Below are positions 11,760-24,762 of a stretch of DNA of 64,000 nucleotides, piece by piece. Position numbers and translations under genes: made by a program. Within the stretch, counting starts at the first letter, position 1; every line of letters begins with the position of its first letter. The notes under the pieces are model-generated. The model saw nothing but the letters and a program-made list of their open reading frames with translations. It was not told where the DNA came from and searched no databases. This stretch comes from Chiloscyllium plagiosum (lineage: Eukaryota): positions 70,215,728-70,279,727 of the forward strand of contig NC_057719.1 of assembly GCF_004010195.1 (NCBI RefSeq), given 5' to 3'.

Positions 11760-12735
11760 TAGACCATAAGATATAGGAACAGATTTAGGCCATTCGGCCC
11801 AACAAATCTGCTCCCCATTCGATCATGGCCCCATTTTCCTGCCTTATTCCCAACCCTTGATCCTCTTACTAATCAGGAACCTATCTTTTTTAATCTTTTT
11901 TAATTGCATTCAATGACTTGGCCTCCACAGCCTTCTGCATCAATGAGCTTCACAGATTCACCACCCTCTGGCTGAAGAAATTACTCTTTGTCTCAGTTCT
12001 AATGGGTCATCCCTTCACTCCAATGCTGTGTCTTCGCGTCTGAGTCTCTCCCACTAGTGGAAATATCTTCTCCACATGACAAGCCCTTCATCCTGAGCTC
12101 ATTCTTGTAAACCATTTCTGGAGTCCCTCCAAGGCCAGCATATCCTTTCTTAGCCACATGGGGCCCAAAACTGCTCACAATATTCCAAAAGCGGTCTAAT
12201 CAAAGACTTATAGATCCTCAGCAGGACACCTCAGCTGTTGTATTCTAGCCATCCTGAAATGAATGCTAACATTGCATTTGTCTTCTTAACTGCCAACTGA
12301 TCCTGCATGTTAACCTTTAAAGAATCCTGATCTAGGACTCCTGAGTCCCTTTGTGCTTCAGATTTCTAAAGACATTTTTCCCATTTAGAAAATAGACTAT
12401 GCTTCTATTCTTCCTATCAAAGTGCATAAACTCATACTTTCCTATTCTATCTGCCACTGCTTTACCCATTCTCCTTGCCTCTCCCAGCCTTCTGCAGCCT
12501 CCCACTTCCTCAACACCACATGCCCCTCCACCGATTTTTGTGTCCAATGCAAACCTAGCAACAATGCTCTCAATTCTTCTGTCCAGATTGTTCATGTATG
12601 ATGAGAATAGTTGTGGTGCCAACACTAACCTCTGCAGAATTCCACTTGTCATCGGCTGCCATCCCCACTCTTTGCCCTCTGCCCATCAGCTAATCCTCCA
12701 TCCATGCCAGTACCTTGGCACTGACACCATGGGCT
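11760..12735 (-). mobile_element. Older CR1 LINE 3' portion
   Basis: TSGILQRLVLAPQLF..YMNNLD...ARFALDTKIGG (12332-12652) plus CR1 3' UTR at ~11760. Confidence 0.85.
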
Positions 12736-13715
12736 TTTGTGTTACTCCTATTTCAGGAACCAACTTGGAACGTATCACTTTAGGATGGGTGACAGTTGAC
12801 TTGTTACAAGGCAACAGCAAACACAGTGGTAGAGTAACTGTGGTAGGAGGAGATTTGCTGTCACCTTGAAGGAGAGCATGTTTGTACACTTTGGAGCCAC
12901 CACCTCTCCTCCAGGACAGCATCTGAGCAATCCTAATAATCTACAGGAGCATAGATTGTGCTACTTCTATCAGAGCCTGCATGTTGTTTTAAATGCATTG
13001 ATCTTCCACAATCTAATCCTGAATAGCAGCATCTGGACTTGCATGGTAACAAGCATGGATTACATGATCTCATTGATCTTGCATTGCAACCTTCAGTCAG
13101 CATTAGCCGCCTGACGCTGCATCATGACTGAGTCTGCAAATACTCTCAGGGACTAGTCACTGCTTCATTGTTGGAAAGGATGGACTGCAAGCTCTGTGTA
13201 AATGGATAGTGACAACTAGCCCTGCAGTAGGACTGGCAATGCCCAAAACATCTCTGTGTGAATGCTGATTAGTGTTTTTCGATATGCCAGCCCATCACTG
13301 GCTTCATCTGATGCTTTTGCAGCAGAACGAATGTGTGACCTTTCCCTCTGATGAGCTGGCACCTCTGCTGTCCTTTCTCCTGCAGATGGCAGAAGGCCAG
13401 CTCTTTCTTGTGACTCAGCATGTGTTGATCCTGACTGTATCCCAACTTGCTAAAGTATACAAGGATCGATAATTCTGCTTCTTCATTGGACATCCACTGC
13501 TAACGTGGTTCCCCATGCCTGTGCTGGCCAGGCTGCAAGTCTTGAGATATGAAAGCACATAGATAAGGAGAATATTGGAATGAGAGACATGAGTGCAGAA
13601 AGCAATAGGTCCATGATCACATCATCAACAGATTGAGGCAACTGTACATTTCAGAGAAAGAATTCCTAAGAGTCTAATCCAAGTCTCATTTGGAGTCAAA
13701 TCCTATATTTGCATA

Positions 13716-13833
13716 CATTCCTGATGAAGGGCTCAGGCCCGAAACATTGATTTTCTTGCTCCTCAGATGCTGCCAGACCAGCAACATCACTCTCAACTCT
13801 GATCTCCAGCATCTGCAGACCTCACTGTCTCCT
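13716..13833 (+). mobile_element. Short PLE terminal-repeat fragment starting at an HHR motif, with tail
   Basis: CTGATGA-A-GGGC-TCAG-GCCC-GAAAC at 13721-13745, followed by sequence related to the 54836-55054 element. Confidence 0.85.
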
Positions 13834-16129
13834 ACAAGTAAATATTGTTGAGTCCTCATGGATTCTGCCTAACATGAAATCTGTACAACTGGGTTCTGCT
13901 CTGCAGTATAGAGAATGCTCTCTTAGACTAGACTATCCTTGCTTTCTTTGCCTTATCTAAGAGTGACCACTGCTTAACTCTCAGGAGTTACAACAAATTC
14001 TTCTGCTTACATATTAATATACAGAACACTGTACTTTGTATTACAGCTCTCTAGTACAAATCTTCCATTCCTCTCATCTCAGAGTTTCAGTAGCATATGA
14101 TAGAGTATCATATCTTAAACATCATCACATCATTAGCAGAGACATTCTGATTATACTACATTTTGCACAACTTCTCTTGGGGAGAAGGCATCTTATTCTG
14201 GTTCAAATAGTCTATTGATTGGTCTAGCATTTGAGTATGTGATGGAACAGATAAATATATATCCTGAAGTCTATGTGAAGTGGATAGGAAACTGACGGCT
14301 AGCATAGTCTGCTTGATTTCCCTTGGTATTGTAAAGAGTAGGAAGGTGCTTTTTGCTCACATCCTGTTATACTGAGTTGTTTTGCACTATTTCTGAAGCC
14401 CAGATCATTGCAATCATTGCACATTGACAAACACAAAGCTGTGGTGATGAGAAATGGACACAGTACCTCTGATGAGTCTAACCAGTGATTTATAAAGGTT
14501 GAGTATGCCTTTCTTGGTTTTGTAATATGAATAAAGCTAAGGATCACATATGCTTTCTCAACAACTATATCAGCTTATTTTGCCATCTTTTCTCTTTTCC
14601 TGTATCCCTTTTAAAATTGTGTAAGTGTTACTTGCTCGATGTCGGAGACAGTGAAGAAAATGTGCATCTCACAAATCAGTTTTATTTTATATTAAGTGAA
14701 ACTTCTATAGTAGCCAGAATTTTATCTGAAAATTATTTTGGATTATGAGGTAGGTGGAAAGATAACTTGGATATTTGGCAGTGGTGGTTTGAAAGAGGAA
14801 TTGGGGACTTTGGTAAATGGTGTTGTGAAGTGGACTGAAGTATGGCAGTAGCTTAGAGGTTAGGAATGGAGGTTAGGAATTAAGGTTATCCATCTTCATA
14901 CTGTAGTCACCTACTTTCCTCCCTTACTTAACCCTCAGTCCCATCTTCCTTTAATTCTACTTCTTTTGTTTCACTTTATTCACTTCTCTACATTGCATGA
15001 AGTGTCTTCACCCTCTCATTCTATTCCCTCTCATTTATTTCCTTTTCTCGAATTTCCACATTCTCTCCTTCCATGCATGTTCCAGTACTCCATCACTTAA
15101 ATAATACCTTGTTACATCACCGTTTCCTCTTTTCCATGCTTTTTGAACTTTTTAATCCTTCATTCTCTCTTTCTCAAGAACGCATCTTTGATTGCTGGAA
15201 AATCTTTCTTATTTCAGTGCTTTCAGAAAACAAATACAACACCTTGCAATTCCTGTTTTCTAGAACATGCCAGTATTATTGCAATTAAAGTGGCGTTTTT
15301 TGTGCTGATTGAAGAAATATATATTTGGAACGCAAAGATTTCATACCTGTTATACTTCATGCTTCCATTAAATAATGCGATTATCTTTCTAACTGGCAAA
15401 CAAAGTTCAGCTAAGGTTTTATATCCCAGATAATTCCCCACTATTTGCAACTAAGTCAGCCAGGGAGTTCAGTGTGCGGATATACTTATCATGTTTAAGG
15501 CTCTGGGTCATGAACAAACATTATTGCAAATAATCAAGGATCCTATTCTCCTCCAAGCAATCATATAGTAGTCCGGTGATACTATGTTCACTTCTGCAGC
15601 ATTGATTGAAAGATCACGTCCATTGTTTAAAAAGTCTCCTTGGGGTATCACAAGGAATCATGGTGTAGCCTGACTACCTTTGGAAACGTCTGTCTTTTGC
15701 CACAAAATAGAAATTAACTATCACTTCTGGATTCTGAGACTATTACCACTCAAATGCCTGAAAACAAAATGCCCCAGAGTAGCTACTCAAGCCATTCATG
15801 AAGACCTCATTAAGCATGGCTTTAAGCAAGGAACAGGCTTGTGCTGTTGGCATGTTGTCATTATCATAACAGTGCACTGTGCACATTGACGGGGAAACAT
15901 TTATACAGACACATATGCACAGCCTGATCTTTTAAAAAATACTCTTCTAGTTTAACTCCACTCACTCTCTTCAGAACAAAGATATGGCTATTGGTAACCA
16001 CATGAGCCCCAGTTATGTCTGTCCCTTTGTAGAATAGTGGAATATTCCTTCCTGTAGTCTTTTTCGATTCCCCCCATTCCCCCCTCAACTCTTTCTTTCG
16101 TACATCCATAACATCATCAGGGTTGCTTC

Positions 16130-17660
16130 TATCTTTCATCTGGAATTGGAAACATTTATCAATTTTGCTTCCAATTTCCACCTTCCCTAGGTTTCATCTG
16201 GTCCATTCCTAACTCCTCCTTTCTCTTCCATGACATCTCTCTATCCATTTCTGGTGCTAAGCTGACCACCAATGTCCACTACAAACCCACTGACTGCCAC
16301 AATTAACTTGACTATAAATTCTCACACCCTGCTTTCTGTAAAGACTCCAATCCATTCTCCCAGTTACTCTGCCTCCATTGCATCTATTCTGATGATGTCA
16401 CCTTCTACACGAGGTCTAAGAAATGTCCACCTTTTTCCTCAATCAAGAATTCCCGCACCTGTGATTGACATGGTCCTTAAATTTATGTGACTAATTTTCT
16501 GCATTTCTGTCCTCAACCCTTCTCTCCTTTCCCACAATAATGACAGGGTCCCTCTGATCCATACTAGCAGCCACATCCAAAGAACTATAAGCTCCATTTC
16601 CACCACCTGGTGAAGTGCCTTCACCAGACACTTATGCCCCTCCCCTCCTTTTTCAGGTTTCTGCAGGGACCATTTCCTCTGGGACACTCTTCTCCACTCC
16701 TCCTCCATTCCCAACACATTTTCACATCACCTTCCCATGCAAACACAGAAGGTTCCTGCTCATTTACCTCCTCCCTCCTCACTATCCAAGGTCCTAGACA
16801 TACCTACCAGGAAAAGCAGCAATTTACCTGCACTTCACTCAGTCTAGCCTACTATATACTGTTCACAGTGTAGTCTCCTCTCCACTGGAAGATGAAATGC
16901 AGACTGGGTGTCAGTAAAAATGACTCTGGGCTTCCAGTTCCCGACCACTTGAACACACCACCTTGTTCCCATGTCAATACTTTTGTCTCAGGCTTACTGC
17001 AGTGCTCCAAGGAAGTTCAACACAAGCTGGAAGAACAGCATCTCCTTTTCCATGGGGACTTATAGCCTTCAAAACTCAATATTGAGTTTCACAAATTTAG
17101 ATCATGACTACCTTCTTATATAGGTCTAGATTAGAGTGGTGCTGGAAAAGCACAGCAGGTCAGGCAGCATCCGAAGAGCAGGAAAATCGACGTTTCGGGC
17201 AAAAGCCCTTCATCAGGAATGAAGGCAGGGAGCCTCTTTGGTGGAGAGATCCTCTTTATATGTCAATTGTTAACCCCACACCCCAGGTCGTATCATAAAA
17301 TGAATTGCTTTCAGTACAAATCATTCCCACTTAACCATAGCCTCCATCACCACATTTCTACGTTTTTACCTTCCTTGTTTTAACCATCAACAATCCCTCT
17401 TTCTCAACCCACATTGTTTTTCCTCTCTCCCTCTGGGCTCCCTCGTCACCTGGCTGCTCGCTCCTCTCCTCCCACTCTCAATTACCGCATCAACACTAAC
17501 ACCAGGTATCCTAGTTGCGATCAGTTCTGATAAAGAGTCACTGGACTCAAAACATTTAAACTGTTTTCTCTCTATAGATAGTGCCGGACTTGCTGTGTTT
17601 CCCTCGCAATTTGTTTTTGTTTGTTTCTGGCCTCCAATATCTGCAGTTTGTTGTTTTATT
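16130..17660 (+). mobile_element. Old degenerate Penelope-like element (RT C-terminus, GIY-YIG, terminal repeat)
   Basis: VHYKPTD.H..LDY, K.QFTCTS.SLAYYI.F..CSLLSTG and KLEEQHLLF remnants are colinear with the PLE at 37170-39491; decayed HHR-like CTGATAAAGAGTCACTGGACTCAAAAC at 17527-17553. Confidence 0.8.
17125..17250 (-). mobile_element. Young tail-less PLE terminal-repeat fragment nested in the older PLE; intact HHR at 17187-17219
   Basis: Minus strand CUGAUGA-A-GGGC-UUUU-GCCC-GAAAC-GUC; closely similar to 652-760 and 58660-58774. Confidence 0.88.
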
Positions 17661-17729
17661 ATGCTCTTTTTTTCTTCATGGTTCTATGAGAAAAGTTAGT
17701 CTGGTGTTATTAAACCACTAAAATCAAGG

Positions 17730-19035
17730 ACTGATTAGGAATAGTCAACATGGCTTTGTGTGTGGGAAATCATGTCTCACGAACTTGACTGAGTATGTTG
17801 AAGAAGTAACAAAGAGGACTGTTGAGGGCAGAGCAGGACCTGATCTATATGGATTTCAGTAAGGTGTCCGACAAGGCTCCCCATGGTAGGTTGGTTATCA
17901 AGGTTAGATCTCATGGAATACAGGGAGAACTAGCGATTTCGATACAGAACTGGTTCAAAGGTAGAAGACAGAGGGTGGTGGTGGAGGGTTGCTTTTCCGA
18001 CTGGAGGCCTGTGACCAGTGGAGTGCCACAAGGATTGGTGCTGGGTCCACTACTTTTCATCATTGATATAAATTATTTGATTTGGATATGAACTTAGGAG
18101 GTGTAGTTAGTATGTTTGCAGATAACATCAAAATTAATGGTGTAGTGGTCAGTGAAGAAGGTTACCTCAGGTTACAACAGGATCTTGATCAGATGGGCCA
18201 GTGGGCTGAGGAGTGGTAGATGGAGTGTAATTTAGATAAATGCGAGGTGCTGCATTTTGGGAATGCAAATTTTACCAGGACTTATACAATGAATAGAAAG
18301 GTCCTCGGGAGTGTTGCTGAACAAAGAGACCTTGGAGTGCAGGTTCATAGCTCCTTGAAAGTAGAGTCACAGGTAGATAGGATAGTGAAGAAGGAGTTTG
18401 GTATGCTTTCCTTTATTGGTCAGAGTATTGAGTACAGGAGTTGGGAGGTCATGTTGTAGCTGTACAGGACATTGGTTCGGCCACTGTTGGAATATTGCGT
18501 GCGATTCTGGTCTCCTTCCTATTGGAAAGATGTTGTGAAAGTTGAAAGGGATCAGAAAAAAATTACAAGGATGTTGCCAGGGTTGGAGGATTTGAGCAAT
18601 GGGGAGAGGCTGGTGCAGTTTTCCGGAGAACATCGGAGGCTGAGGGGTGACCTTATGGAGGTTTATAAAATCATGAGGAGCATGGATTGGATAAATAGAC
18701 AAAGTCTTTTCCCTGGGACTTGGGAGTCCAGAGCTAGAGAGCATAGGTTTAGGGTGAGAGGGGAAAGATATAAAAAAGACCTAAGGGACAACTTTTTCAC
18801 ACAGAGGGTGGAGCGTGTATGGAATGAGCTGCCAGAGGAAGTGGCGGAGGCTGGTAACAATTGCAAGATTTAAAAGGCATTTGGATGGGTATATGAATAG
18901 AAAGGGTTTGGAGAGATATGGGTCAGGTGCTGGCAAATGGGACTAGATTATGTTAGGATATCTGGTTGGCATGGACAAGTTGGAATGGACGGTCTGTTTC
19001 TGTGCTGTACATCTCTATGACTCAATGGCTCTATA
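17730..19035 (+). mobile_element. CR1 LINE, 5'-truncated (RT to 3' tail)
   Basis: [36 protein letters not shown] and CR1 C-terminal motifs, with stops and frameshifts. Confidence 0.95.
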
Positions 19036-19594
19036 TCTTCTATCCACCTTCAAGAAGGCGAATCATGGAAATACTTCTAAATATTTTCATGAAGAGGAAC
19101 AATTGGTAAAACAAAACTAATTATATTAGCACAAATGAAAGATACTGCAGATCCTGTCAATCTGACGTAAAACAAGAACTGCTAGAAATAGTCAGCAGGC
19201 CTGCTAGAGTCTGAGGAGAGAGAAGCTGTATTCAGTCAATGGTCTTCTATGAGAACTGAGAAAACTTCAGGCCTAATCTTATGATTTTTGCCGAAGTCCT
19301 AGTTCTGTCGAGATTTGGGGGCATTTTTGCCACAAGACCCAACAAGTTTGCTCATTGTTTCTTACCAAACACACCTCATTAACTACCTGCCCTACCCCTG
19401 TGGCATCCCTCAAATCTGATTCTATCCCCATCTTACCACATGATGTTTCCATGATAGCTGGTTACTCACCAGATAGGTGCCAAAAGATCAACAGCCTTGG
19501 CACCCACATCATACCTAAAAGCCCAATTTCCATCCAAACTAGCCTGTCAGTTTGAGCTGCTCTGCATGGATCCTGACATTTGCCCTAGAAAGAA

Positions 19595-19760
19595 GGAAAT
19601 GGGCATCGTATTCTGTGGGCAGGGAAGTTCTGCTGGACAGAATGGAACAGATGTAGGGTGGAAGCTGTGACATCAGACCATGCCAACCTGGTCTAAGGTT
19701 GCTACCTAGGATAATGGAGTCTGGAGGAATGACCAACACTGTAGGAAGAAGGACCTCACA
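19595..19760 (+). mobile_element. Myb/SANT-like remnant typical of PIF/Harbinger ORF2
   Basis: REVLLDRMEQ ... HQTMPTWSKVAT*DNGVWRNDQHCRKK resembles the Myb/SANT-like (MSANTD) pattern LE.LL..V...W..VA..V...R...QCRKK. Confidence 0.55.
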
Positions 19761-22124
19761 TTCTTCTCCCTCCACTAATATGCTCACCTTCGTCCAAGAC
19801 TTATGCTCTACAATGCTCATTATTACCTACAACATCTTCCTTCTTTGGATCTCATAAAGTCTAATCCCGAGCACCACTAGCCCTGCATGCTGTCTGCACT
19901 GCCTACTGACTTGAGATACCTCCCCATCTGCTCCAAAAATAGCAGCATTATGACCCACTTTTATCTCCTGTAATACCTGTTGTTCATTTACTCCTAGCCC
20001 ACAATAGCATAGAAAGAATCAAGAAGGTTGGTTGGCTGTCTGAAATTCTATTCCTCACCCCTTATAAGGAGAGGATACTGACTGTGACCACTCCAAATGG
20101 CTTACTGACGGTGTCCCATCCTCTTGTATTGGAGGCTGCTTTTGACTTATTGTGCTAGGAACCCCTGAGCTTACTTTATTGCCTGACATCTGCCAACATC
20201 CAGGGTGAGCGACCTGGCTTTGTATCTGCATTGTATGGGAGGTAAGGTAGAGTTACTGTGAGCATCTATGTACGTTCAGAATGAGTGTGTATCATGATAG
20301 CAAGTGAAGAGGCTGAACATACAGTCTGCTCCAGTCCATGAGCTGGCTGTGTATCCCTGAGTTGATAGCTACCTTCTAGCAACATCACAATGAGAGTTAC
20401 TGGTGCAGCCTGAGGTACAGCAATAAGGTTCAGGAGAGGACAATAAGTGGATCAGAAATGTGCTACAAAATTGGCATGTCAGATGCCAATATCTATGGTT
20501 TGTATGGTTGGAGCCCATAGAATAAACCTGAGATAATGGTGCCCAGTGTCCAACATGGAGGCTGCTCATCAGCAGTGGTGAAATGCAGGAGCTGGGTCCC
20601 TGCTTTGACGTCGATGCCAAGAGTTTTCAAAGTCTAGCACTTTAATGGGTTCAGTAAGATGAAAAGTTGAATGTTAATGAGGTGACTTGCAGTGAGTTAT
20701 TAAGATATTTAATAAAGGTATAATCCCTCTTATGGTGATTCACCACTGCCTCCCTAGAAACTCACCTCACTGCTTAGAAAAAGCATTAAATAAGATAAGG
20801 TGCTTCCAACCTGGAGTTCAACAGCTCCACATGTTTGATCTGATTCTGCCATAAATATCCTCAAAGGCCATGTTCCTCAGACCACTATAAAATTCCTGTC
20901 TCAAACTCTAATGGGTTTGAAGCAAGTGAAATTTGAGGTCAGTAAGGTGGAAAAAGCAGGAAAGGCAAAGTCTGTGATAGGATGAAGAGCTAAGTGATTT
21001 GATGATGATGGATGTTGAACATTGAACTGTTATTCTGTCAATTCCACCCAGCTACATTCTCCACAACAGTGGGTACAGCAATGAATGCCCACACACTCCT
21101 CCACAGATTGCCTGTATAGACCATATCTCACTCAGGAGCCCAGGCAACTCTCCCCCTGACATATTAACTTCCACTAGCTCTGGTCTGCTCCTTTCCACAG
21201 GAGGGAAGAATGTTAATGTTGTGCTTGGATGATGTGACTGCCATTGTTGAATCGTTGCATGAATGTGGAAGATAGAGAGAGATAATATAAGGTTGACCAC
21301 AATGATAAGAGAAATGAGATCAAGTATCTATCTCATGAGATGAGAGTGAGATAGAGTGTCTCTGATTGTTAGCCATGGAGCTCTGAATTTCATGGACTGT
21401 CGCTGTTTGCATGATGGGGAGTTTAATGCATTGAGCAGTTTGAGACACTAGTGGAGTGGTGGGTAGGTAATGCCATGTAAAGACACATTGACTGACTTTG
21501 ACATTATACATGAGAACATTAGACATTTTGTGTGAAGTCCTTGGTCTATATGTGACTATTGACCTCCCTGGTCAACTGCTTCACTCCTTTCTGAGCATGG
21601 TCTTCTGTCTATCCTGGAAACATGATGATTCCAGTGGGACATCCATTAACTTGGAACAAACACTTTGACCATTTTCTAGTTTTTAAATTGCAGCAATATT
21701 AACCAATGTAGCTTCATTTTACAAGGGTCAGCCTGTTTTGATGAAATCAGGCTGAATACACAATATGCACACAGCACACCTGGCCAATCACATCACCTGA
21801 TGGGTACAGAGCCATCCAATAAAGGGGCAAATGTTAGCTCCTATTCCACAACTACAATAATGAAGAGAGGGAAAAATGATTAAGTAACAAGAATTGAAAA
21901 CAAAGTTATCTTTGCTGTGACTACAGGTTTAACAATTTTTACATGCAAAAATGAATTTTGTTTGCTGTCTGTGGAAATCTAATCATTAATTTACTGCTCC
22001 CAGTTTTCGACACCATTTTCTCTTCCTATCTAAATGATTAAAAGGTTTGTATCTGTAAGAATGCACTGCTAAAACAACATTTATTTTACATGTCACAATT
22101 TGTGTTACCTTCTAATGCTCTGCC

Positions 22125-22700
22125 ACAAGAACAATTTGCATTTATATAACATTTTAACTCAGAAAATGAAAGTCCCAAAACCTTTCCTGACACATAATAA
22201 AAGCAGAGATTCTTAGACAAATAAAGGATTATTAGGAGAGTGACAAAAGGATTGGTAAAATAGGGACATATTGAAGACCACCTTAGTTGATGAGAGGGAG
22301 GAGTGGACAGAGGTAATTAGTGAGGCAATGCCAGAGGGGGGAGAGAGAGAGATCTGGGTGGCTGAAGACATGGCTGTCAATGGAAAGGCAAAAGTACAGG
22401 GGCTCACTTGAAACTAAAATCAGAATAATGAGAGTAGTGGAAAGGAAGACAGGGAGAGTGAAACAAATAAAATAAAGAGAAATTCTATGTCAGCTTCTAA
22501 GATAGGGCACAAAGTTTGATGGATTAGAGATTATGAAGAATGGAGAATGTGAGAGCTGTTATGTGAGAAATGGAATTTTCAAGTTTGAAGTTGATAAACC
22601 CATGGATCATGGTTTTGTCAGAACCTGTAAAGAGGGAGAGGTTGTGGAGAACATGAGACACTGTTGAAGGCAATGAAACTTGATTGGTGCTGGAACGGAT
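22125..22700 (-). mobile_element. Highly decayed LINE (L2-like) 3' fragment
   Basis: Starts with ACAATTTGCATTTATATAACATTTTAAC, resembling an L2-type 3' end in reverse; purine-rich + strand typical of antisense L2. Confidence 0.45.
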
Positions 22701-24324
22701 AGAATATTTTATGTTTTTGTTTTAAAACATATTGTCTTCAAAACATCAAGGACATGAATGTGCATTGCCACTCCAGAAGCCAATAATATCAATAGAAGAT
22801 GTTCTAGCACTGTATTAGAAATATTCTGCAGTTGTGGGAAGATGCCTGCAATGCACTTCAGTTTTAGGTAATATCTCCAACACATTGCAGATGGTTTCAC
22901 ATGACTGTGACAATCGAGGCATCATGTTTGTCAGTAACTAGGTTCAAATTTGTTAATTACTCCAATCATACAAATGGCAACCGTATCTTTTGCCCTAATG
23001 AGAGAATGACAATCATTAAGTATAGTGAATCCAGAATTCCAGATCTGTCCCTCAACCGAGAAAGCTCATTTCTCAATCCTCCATGGAGGAGTGAGTATCC
23101 TATTTTTCATTCCTAGCTCCTCATTCTTAGTGCTATTCCCTAACTGATACACCACCTGACCCATTAGCAGCTAGTTCTGGTGTTCTGCACTGCTGCTTGT
23201 AAGCATTAAATGCTACACCAGGATGTGGCTACAATTAACAATCTTAACAGTTGTCTTCTAATGGAATTATATTGTTAAATTTCAGTCCTTCTCTTCCTTT
23301 CCTCCCTCACGTTATCAAACTATAAAGCTTTAGCAATAAATAGGTTTGTCATTTGAAGAAGGTTTTCTTTTACGGAATCCAAAATAATCAGAAATGGGCC
23401 TACTGATCATCATTTGTCTCTTAATAGGCAAATGCTTTGTTTTACTTTCCTCTTGTTTCTTCCATTTGCCAAATTTAAAAAATTTGCTGAAGGAACAGAA
23501 CCAACTCATTTGAAAGGCAATATTTATAATTCTGCTTATATCTGTTTGTAATGAGGAATCTAACCCAACGTTTGAGCACTTGTGTCAAAATATTTTTAAT
23601 TTTTAAAGCTGCTTTCTATCTTTTTCTTGGAAACTTCGCTGCAGCCTTTCCATATTTTTTCTGTTAGGCTTTTTGCATTATACCTAATTTTGTAATCCAT
23701 TGATGGATTCATTTAGAGCTTCCATGCATCACTTTAATTTATTTTAATCATATTCATATCTGAACTGTTGCCTTAGTTGATAAAAAAGAGCATTTTACAG
23801 TTTAATCAAACAAAATTGATAATAATACATAACAAAAATGCAAACTGTAAATATAAAGTGATGTTCTATTTCTTCAAATATTAAGTGTTCTATTCAATAT
23901 TTCATAAAATTTGTTTAGAATATATTATTGACATCCAAATTTGACTTTTATGAAGATATTTATTTCTGTTGAGACTGATTATATAACTCCTTTCACAGTC
24001 ATGTGGGGATTGCCTACAAAGTGTAAATTATGTTGTTCAAATTTCAGGTAGATTTTTGGTTAACTGGGAAATTCTTATAGGAAGACCTAGCTGTTGGTAG
24101 CAGAAAAAAATTCTGATTTGCTATAATTACTATGGTATTAATATGGGTTATAAGAAGATTATTTTGCTGTTTCTCATTCTAAATTGTGCTAAATTATCTA
24201 ACTCTATATTTATCTGAAAGTGGTTTTACTATGGGTATCAAATAGCTGAAGAAATCAATATGGTTAACTAATCTTTTTGCATTAAATAATACACCCTTGT
24301 CAAAAAAGATATAATCATAGAAAA

Positions 24325-24470
24325 ATTGCAAACATCTAACAAAATAGGTCTGGCAGCATTGGTGGAGCAAGAAACAAGAGTTAATGTTTCAACTAAAGCT
24401 TCTCTCTCCGCAGATACTGCCAACCCTGCAGAGTTTTTCCAGCATTCTCTGAGTTTGTTTCAGATTACCA
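24325..24470. mobile_element. Old degenerate PLE-terminal hairpin remnant
   Basis: GGTCTGGCAGCATTGGTGGAGCAAGAAAC is followed by an imperfect reverse complement (TTCTCTCTCCGCAGATACTGCCAACCC) and a tail resembling 17560-17650. Confidence 0.5.
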
Positions 24471-24475
24471 ACTTG

Positions 24476-24762
24476 GAATCATAGAATCCTTACAATGCAG
24501 AAACAGGCCATTCAACCCATCAAATCTGCACCAACCCTCTGAAGAGAATCACACACAGATCCCATCTCTCCATTTACCATGGCCAATTAAATTAACCTGC
24601 ACATCTTTTGACTGTGGGAGGAGACCAGAGCACTCAATTGAAACCCATACAGATACGGGGAGAGCATACAAACTCCACACAGACAGTCGCCCAAGGCTGG
24701 AATCAAAGCTGGATCCCTGGTGCTGTGAGGCAGCAGTGCTAACCACTGTGCCACTATGCTGC
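24476..24762 (-). mobile_element. HE1-type tRNA-derived SINE (V-SINE)
   Basis: A box TGGCACAGTGG, B-box-like region, V-domain GTCTCCTCCCACAGTCAAAAGATGTGCAGG, CR1-like tail ending GGATTCTATGATTC. Confidence 0.88.

Noticed and set aside
17111..17262. TSD around the nested PLE fragment (CCTTCTTATAT / CCTCTTTATAT)
   Set aside because: Imperfect and low-complexity.
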